A stretch of DNA of 11,823 nucleotides, from the UHGV virus genome UHGV-1844342; one strand, given 5' to 3'. This document shows, one piece after another, positions 7,468 to 11,823 of the stretch. A program made the translations under genes and the position numbers. The notes beneath the pieces were generated by a model. The model ran no database searches, was not told where the DNA came from, and saw nothing but the letters and a program-made list of their open reading frames with translations. Source of the DNA: a virus. The stretch's first letter is position 1. Every line of letters begins with the position of its first letter.

Positions 7468-7809
7468 ATGGCTACTCATTACACTGAACTCATGGCTGGC
7501 ACTGAAGCACTGGTGACTACGCTGGGGATATTTTCAGCTAATAAAGGGGTAATTCCTGCATTTACGCCACTGATGCAGGAAGATGCAACAGGTGCACTGG
7601 TGGTATGGGATGGTTCGAGCGTAGGTAAAGCGGTTTATGTTTCCGCTGTACAAATCGACACCGCGAAAAAAACACAGGCTCAGGTCTATAAGACAGGTGT
7701 CTTAAATGTTGATGCTCTGAACTGGCCTGAGTCTGTAAAAGAACTGTCAGTAAAGATTGCAGCGTTTGTTGGCTCAGGTATTTCTGTTCAGCCGCTGGCT
7801 CGTGTGTAA
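7468..7809 (+). CDS. Head decoration protein, lambda gpD-like
   Basis: 113 aa; AAGGGGGAG RBS; blocks TPLMQEDATGALVVWDG, VYKTGVLNVDALNWPES and FVGSGISVQ resemble lambda gpD (TPLM..VAWDG, FYKSGTFRYEDVLWPEA, FAGTAISIV) as recalled. Confidence 0.7.
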   Translation: MATHYTELMAGTEALVTTLGIFSANKGVIPAFTPLMQEDATGALVVWDGSSVGKAVYVSAVQIDTAKKTQAQVYKTGVLNVDALNWPESVKELSVKIAAFVGSGISVQPLARV

Positions 7810-7820
7810 AGGGGGATACA

Positions 7821-8204
7821 ATGCAGAATCATTACAATGACCTTAAGCCAATTGCCGAAATGATGTATCCGGATCCAGCAGTAGAGGAATTAAAGGCTAT
7901 TGCTGACAAAATGCGTTTAAGCGAGCGTCTTGTTGATATGAATCAGGTGATGGAACTTACAACCCTGAGTCGTCGTACACTGCTAAACCTTGAAGCACGT
8001 GGAGAGTTCCCCGAACGCGTGCAGGTTACGGAAGGGCGTAAGGCCTGGTATTTAAGCGAAGTGATCGACTGGATAAACAATATTCCGCGCGCTTCTGAAT
8101 ATTGCCGCGTACCTGTCCCAAAAAAGCCAGATGCGGCGCTATGCCTCAAGATTGAGCGTGTACGCCGCAATGCGCGGGATGGTCGCTATAAGCTGATTGG
8201 TTGA
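7821..8204 (+). CDS. Second AlpA-family HTH protein with about 40-aa N-terminal extension; candidate late/packaging regulator
   Basis: 127 aa; AAGGGGGA RBS; core ELTTLSRRTLLNLEARGEFPERVQVTEGRKAWYLSEVIDWI matches the AlpA/Vis winged-HTH pattern. Confidence 0.7.
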   Translation: MQNHYNDLKPIAEMMYPDPAVEELKAIADKMRLSERLVDMNQVMELTTLSRRTLLNLEARGEFPERVQVTEGRKAWYLSEVIDWINNIPRASEYCRVPVPKKPDAALCLKIERVRRNARDGRYKLIG

Positions 8205-8219
8205 TGAAATTAGGGCCCG

Positions 8220-8300
8220 TTCTGGCTGGCGGGTCCTTTCCGGCGATCCAGAACGTTACGGGGCGGCGACCTCGCGGGTTTTCGCTATTTATGAGCATTT
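8220..8300 (+). other. cos: Lambda-type cos site: cosQ-like segment, cosN 12-nt cohesive-end sequence GGGCGGCGACCT (8261-8272), and proximal cosB segment
   Basis: 8223-8294 reads TGGCTGGCGGGTCCTTTCCGG.GATCC....GTTACG GGGCGGCGACCT CGCGGGTTTTCGCTATTTATGA, matching the joined right-end/left-end sequence of phage lambda as recalled; a Nu1-like gene follows as in lambda. Confidence 0.85.
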
Positions 8301-8405
8301 TTAGGGGACTGGTGGTGGTTTTGTTGTTCGCTATATCTGTATGAATAATAAGAGAAAAACACAATCAACACACCAACCTGAAACAGTAATTAAGTTGTGG
8401 TATCA

Positions 8406-8948
8406 ATGAAATTGCACCTGATGAACAAAAAAAACATGGCAAAAAGTTGCCGTGTAAGCGCCACTGCGTTCGATAAGTGGGGAGTGATTCCCGTCGAGCG
8501 TAAGGGCCGCGAGGCGTTTTATGATGTCGCCAGTGTAATAGATAATCGGGTTAACAATGCAATCAGCCAGATTACAAACGAAACGGGCGAGATTGATGAT
8601 GATGAACTCCTACGAGTCAGGATCAGATTGCTGACAGCACAGGCAGAGGCGCAGGAGCTTAAAAACGAGCGCGAACGCGGCGACGTTATTGATACAGCGT
8701 TTTGTATATACGTGCTTTCAAAACTGGCGAGTCAGATTTCTTCAATCATGGACAGCCTGCCGCTTGCCATGACAAGGAAGTTTCCCGACATGAAGCCGTC
8801 TATGCTGGATGGACTGAAAAAAGAAGTTATCAGAGCCTGTAACGCATGCGCAAAACTTGACGAAAACATACCGCTGATGCTGTCCGATTATCTGATGGAA
8901 ACTGCCGGAAACGTACCGGATAAGTTGCAGCTGAATAAAGATAAGTAA
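8406..8948 (+). CDS. Terminase small subunit, lambda Nu1-like (winged HTH N-terminus plus gpA-interaction C-terminus)
   Basis: C-terminal two-thirds aligns with recalled lambda Nu1 (LTAQAEAQELKNER...DTAFCIYVLSKLASQISSIMDSLPLAMTRKFPDM...KLDENIPLMLSDYL vs LTRAQADAQELKNARD...ETAFCTFVLSRIAGEIASILDGLPLSVQRRFPEL...ALDELIPGLLSEYI); N-terminus more divergent; start 8406 by analogy with lambda (8421 is an alternative; track start 8397 is GTG). Confidence 0.8.
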   Translation: MKLHLMNKKNMAKSCRVSATAFDKWGVIPVERKGREAFYDVASVIDNRVNNAISQITNETGEIDDDELLRVRIRLLTAQAEAQELKNERERGDVIDTAFCIYVLSKLASQISSIMDSLPLAMTRKFPDMKPSMLDGLKKEVIRACNACAKLDENIPLMLSDYLMETAGNVPDKLQLNKDK

Positions 8949-8959
8949 CGTAGTACGCT

Positions 8960-9241
8960 ATGACTGAATCCGAAATACTGCGATTAATCCGCCGTGCTTG
9001 TGGAATCAGCAAGCAGCATGACGAACAGGCCACGCAGCCGGACAGCGTGATCGCCGAAAATTACGCGCGTGTTGTTGCTGATGTGATGCGCCGTGATGGT
9101 ATTGAGCTTAACGGCGTGGATATGCGCGACATACGGATCAGATTCCTTGAGTTGCTGGCATACCGTCGCCGTTCTCAACAACGAAGGGAGAGCGCGAAAA
9201 ACACTTATCAGTGGAAGAAGCCGGAACGGTTGCGGCGGTAG
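8960..9241 (+). CDS. Hypothetical basic protein (93 aa) in the position occupied by the large terminase gene in lambda
   Basis: ORF directly downstream of the Nu1-like gene (12-nt gap); Arg-rich C-terminus; no obvious SD; no similarity to lambda gpA N-terminus that I can see. Confidence 0.45.
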   Translation: MTESEILRLIRRACGISKQHDEQATQPDSVIAENYARVVADVMRRDGIELNGVDMRDIRIRFLELLAYRRRSQQRRESAKNTYQWKKPERLRR

Positions 9242-9983
9242 ATTCCTGATATTCAGGAAAACCACGAATCCGGGGGTTTTACTGGCGCGGTGTACACGGT
9301 GGAACGTATAGCGTTACCTGACTTATTGCATTGTAAAAAGTTGAAAGGCACGGCCTGTAAGATGGGATGTTGTGAGTAGTTTAAAGCTACCCGCAAATTC
9401 TTTCGTTGTGCTGGCACAGGCGGTTAAACCGTCGGTAACTGGATAATCCCCACTGGGGGAAAAGCTGGCTACATCCCTCACATCTGAGGACTGATAACGC
9501 AAAATTGCGTTGGCTGGCAGAGTGCAAATTTGCACGATGGCCTAACCCATTGATTCTTTCGAAAACCCCCATTGGGGGAGAACGGGGGAATAAACCTGAC
9601 TCATTGATTTTTCCACAATCCTTAATTTGAGGAAGCTGGATAGTTGCACTACCCAAAAAGTGCAGTACCCACATAGCTGCTTAATAGCGTTTATTTTTTC
9701 CGCACACCTCAAATCTGAGAAGGCCGGAATGATGACATGGCAGGATTATGATTCCTTGATTTCAAGGAGTCCTCCAGTGTGAAAATGAAATTATCTGGGC
9801 TGGTGGGTGAGTTGCTGATCTGCAACTCGGCTATGAAACTTAATAATCGAACAGCATGTAAATTCATTTCTGTGTATTGCAGCATGTATTGCAACATAGT
9901 CATTCTGGTAGAGATTATGCTCTATTTTTCCTCTTATATCATTCACATACTTACGTCATTGACTCATGTAGCCGAAGCATGAG

Positions 9984-10760
9984 GTGAATCCGCAGATGAC
10001 CCTGCGTCGCCTGCCGGATGAAGATCCGCAGAATCTGGCGGACCCGGCTTACCGCCGCCGTCGCATCATTATGCAGAACATGCGTGACGAAGAGCTGGCC
10101 ATTGCCCAGGTCGAAGAGATGCAGGCAGTTTCTGCCGTGCTTAAGGGCAAATACACCATGACCGGTGAAGCTTTCGATCCGGTTGAGGTGGATATGGGCC
10201 GCAGTGCGGCCAACAACATCACGCAGTCCGGCGGCACGGAGTGGAGCAAGCGTGACAAGTCCACGTATGACCCGACCGACGATATCGAAGCCTACGCGCT
10301 GAACGCCAGCGGAGTGGTGAATATCATCGTGTTTGATCCGAAAGGCTGGGCGCTGTTCCGTTCCTTCAAAGCCGTCAAGGAGAAGCTGGATACTCGTCGC
10401 GGCTCTCATTCCGAGCTGGAGACAGCGGTGAAAGACCTGGGCAAAGCGGTGTCCTACAAGGGGATGTATGGCGATGTGGCCATCGTCGTGTATTCCGGAC
10501 AGTACGTGGAAAACGGCGTCAAAAAGAACTTCCTGCCGGACAACACGATGGTGCTGGGGAACACTCAGGCACGCGGTCTGCGCACCTATGGCTGCATTCA
10601 GGATGCGGACGCACAGCGCGAAGGCATTAACGCCTCTGCCCGTTACCCGAAAAACTGGGTGACCACCGGCGATCCGGCGCGTGAGTTCACCATGATTCAG
10701 TCAGCACCGCTGATGCTGCTGGCTGATCCTGATGAGTTCGTGTCTGTACAACTGGCGTAA
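9984..10760 (+). pseudogene. E: Major capsid protein gpE, 5'-truncated fragment (C-terminal about 258 codons), near-identical to lambda E
   Basis: Translation NPQMTLRRLPDEDPQNLADPAYRRRRIIMQNMRDEELAIAQ...EFVSVQLA matches lambda gpE from about residue 85 to the end as recalled; in-frame TAG at 9969-9971 and non-lambda AT-rich sequence upstream; the track start is a GTG that is internal in lambda. Confidence 0.85.
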
Positions 10761-10801
10761 TCATGGCCCTTCGGGGCCATTTTCTCTCTGTGGAGGAGTT
10801 C

Positions 10802-11200
10802 ATGACGAAAGATGAACTGATTGCCCGTCTTCAGGAGCTGGGTGAGCAACTGAACCGCGATGTCAGTTTGACGGGAACGAAAGAAGAACTGGCGCTTCGT
10901 GTGGCAGAGCTGGAAGAAGAGCTTGATGACACGGATGAAACTGCCGGTCAGGACACCCCTCTCAGCCGGGAAAATGTGCTGACCGGGCATGAAAATGAGG
11001 TGGTATCAGCGCAGCCGGATACCGTGATTCAGGATACGGCTGAACTGGTCACGGTTGTGGCACTGGTGACGCTGCATACTGATGCACTTCACGCCACGCG
11101 GGATGAACCTGTGGCATTTGTGCTGCCGGGAACGGCGTTCCGTGTCTCTGCCGGTGTGGCAGCTGAAATGACAGAGCGCGGCCTGGCCAGAATGCAATAA
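10802..11200 (+). CDS. FI: DNA-packaging protein FI, lambda-like
   Basis: MTKDELIARL...LTGTKEELALRVAELEEELDDTDETAGQDTPLSRENVLTGHENEV...AEMTERGLARMQ matches lambda gpFI as recalled; GGAGGAG RBS before ATG 10802 (the track start 10763 is an upstream extension). Confidence 0.9.
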   Translation: MTKDELIARLQELGEQLNRDVSLTGTKEELALRVAELEEELDDTDETAGQDTPLSRENVLTGHENEVVSAQPDTVIQDTAELVTVVALVTLHTDALHATRDEPVAFVLPGTAFRVSAGVAAEMTERGLARMQ

Positions 11201-11211
11201 CGGGAGGCGCT

Positions 11212-11823
11212 GTGGCTGATTTCGATAACCTGTTCGATGCTGCCATTGCCCGCGCCGATGAAACGATACGCGGGTACATGGGAACGTCAGCCACCATGAC
11301 ATCCGGTGAGCAGTCCGGTGCTGTGATACGTGGTGTTTTTGATGACCCTGAAAATATCAGCTATGCCGGACAGGGCGTGCGCGTTGAAGGCTCCAGCCCG
11401 TCCCTGTTTGTCCGGACTGATGATGTGCGGCAGCTGCGGCGCGGCGACACGCTGACTTCCATTGCCCGGCAATTCGGCACGACGGTCACGAGCATTGTCG
11501 CAATCAATGATCTAAAAAATGAATCTGATCGCAATGAGCAGGACGGCATCAGGTATATGCTTATGGGCTTCTTTCAAGGGCCTCGCAATTTGTACCAACA
11601 CAATCACATTGGCTCCGGTGTAAGCAATTCTATTTCCGTAATCATTGAAGCATCTTTCTTCCTCCATCTACTTGATGGGCACAGCATTACTCAAAACGGA
11701 CGCTGGATTCCGGCCAAAGCAGATTATCACGAGATTTATCAAAAGATGCCCAAGCATATTGATCGTTGGAAGCTTGTACGCCTACTAAAGAAGCGTGATC
11801 GTAGGTTGAAGAAAGATCAATGA
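11212..11823 (+). CDS. FII: FII-like head-tail joining protein: first about 82 codons lambda FII-like, then an unrelated lower-GC C-terminal extension (chimeric or disrupted gene)
   Basis: GTG start with GGGAGG RBS; MADFDNLFDAAIARADETIRGYMGTSAT...VRQLRRGDTLT matches lambda gpFII as recalled, then diverges at about nt 11458 (lambda continues IGEENFWV...); the frame nevertheless stays open for about 120 more codons to the TGA at the window end. Confidence 0.6.
   Translation: MADFDNLFDAAIARADETIRGYMGTSATMTSGEQSGAVIRGVFDDPENISYAGQGVRVEGSSPSLFVRTDDVRQLRRGDTLTSIARQFGTTVTSIVAINDLKNESDRNEQDGIRYMLMGFFQGPRNLYQHNHIGSGVSNSISVIIEASFFLHLLDGHSITQNGRWIPAKADYHEIYQKMPKHIDRWKLVRLLKKRDRRLKKDQ

Larger units (their letters stand above)
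1..9300 (+). mobile_element. Phage satellite (Gram-negative PICI / P4-like) island: int-alpA-cargo-regulator-replication-ori-ssb-capsid-cos-terS. Right boundary uncertain (about 9241-9965); left boundary lies at or beyond the window start
   Basis: Gene order and content match the int/alpA/pri-rep/ori layout of Gram-negative PICIs; all module genes on + strand; compact with overlapping stop/start codons; no lysis, tail, portal or large terminase genes. Confidence 0.6.
9966..11458 (+). mobile_element. Lambda-like prophage head-gene fragment (E 3' part, FI, FII 5' part) with abrupt junctions on both sides
   Basis: Near-lambda protein sequences over this span; homology begins at about 9965 and ends at about 11458; flanks are lower-GC unrelated sequence. 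Confidence 0.7.

Noticed and set aside
7943-9265. Minus-strand ORFs 7943-8170, 8146-8364, 8830-9033, 8984-9265
   Set aside because: Antisense shadows of the AlpA-like, Nu1-like and 93-aa genes; 8146-8364 would run across the cos site
9242-9965. tRNA or tmRNA as integration target
   Set aside because: No T-loop (GTTCRANYC) or cloverleaf-compatible segment found by eye; any att core must be confirmed by finding its direct-repeat partner outside the window
9093-9982. Track ORFs in the 9242-9965 non-coding stretch (9093-9311, 9323-9535, 9387-9674, 9709-9903, 9779-9982)
   Set aside because: No RBS, overlapping one another, unprotein-like composition; the region is better explained as structured non-coding DNA, though a small protein cannot be excluded
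10763-10801. Upstream extension of FI (track start 10763)
   Set aside because: Lambda FI begins MTKDELIARL; ATG 10802 has a GGAGGAG RBS
9951-11549. Minus-strand and alternate-frame ORFs over the E/FI/FII fragment (9951-10409, 10049-10264, 10468-10662, 10697-10990, 11006-11302, 11049-11297, 11287-11472, 11361-11549)
   Set aside because: Antisense or alternate-frame shadows of clearly identified lambda-like head genes

Overview
The window looks like a phage satellite (Gram-negative PICI / P4-like) lying next to a fragment of a lambda-like prophage head region. All protein and site similarities below are from reading the translations against remembered lambda/P4 sequences; no database search was run. 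Left to right: a 5'-truncated tyrosine integrase (17-490); an AlpA/Vis-family regulator (492-719); an AT-rich cargo island with one minus-strand membrane-protein gene (789-1325); a minus-strand putative ribbon-helix-helix repressor (1676-1978) divergent from an early operon, with an array of TGTATATCAC-type operator repeats between them; a tightly coupled early operon of small genes ending in a 583-aa SF3 helicase/primase-family replication protein (3457-5208); an iteron origin (5221-5455); an SSB with the canonical DDIPF tail (5752-6201); a divergent homolog of the lambda major capsid protein gpE (6412-7458); a gpD-like decoration protein (7468-7809); a second AlpA-like HTH protein (7821-8204); a lambda-type cos site with the canonical cosN GGGCGGCGACCT (8261-8272); a Nu1-like terminase small subunit (8406-8948); and a 93-aa ORF where the large terminase would sit in lambda. 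After a structured non-coding stretch (9242-9965) comes a near-lambda fragment: the 3' two-thirds of E (disrupted at about 9965), intact FI, and an FII whose 3' end is replaced at about 11458 by unrelated lower-GC sequence. The main point of interest is a satellite that carries its own capsid-protein paralog, decoration protein, cos site and small terminase but no portal, protease or large terminase, which suggests capsid and packaging hijack of a lambda-like helper.
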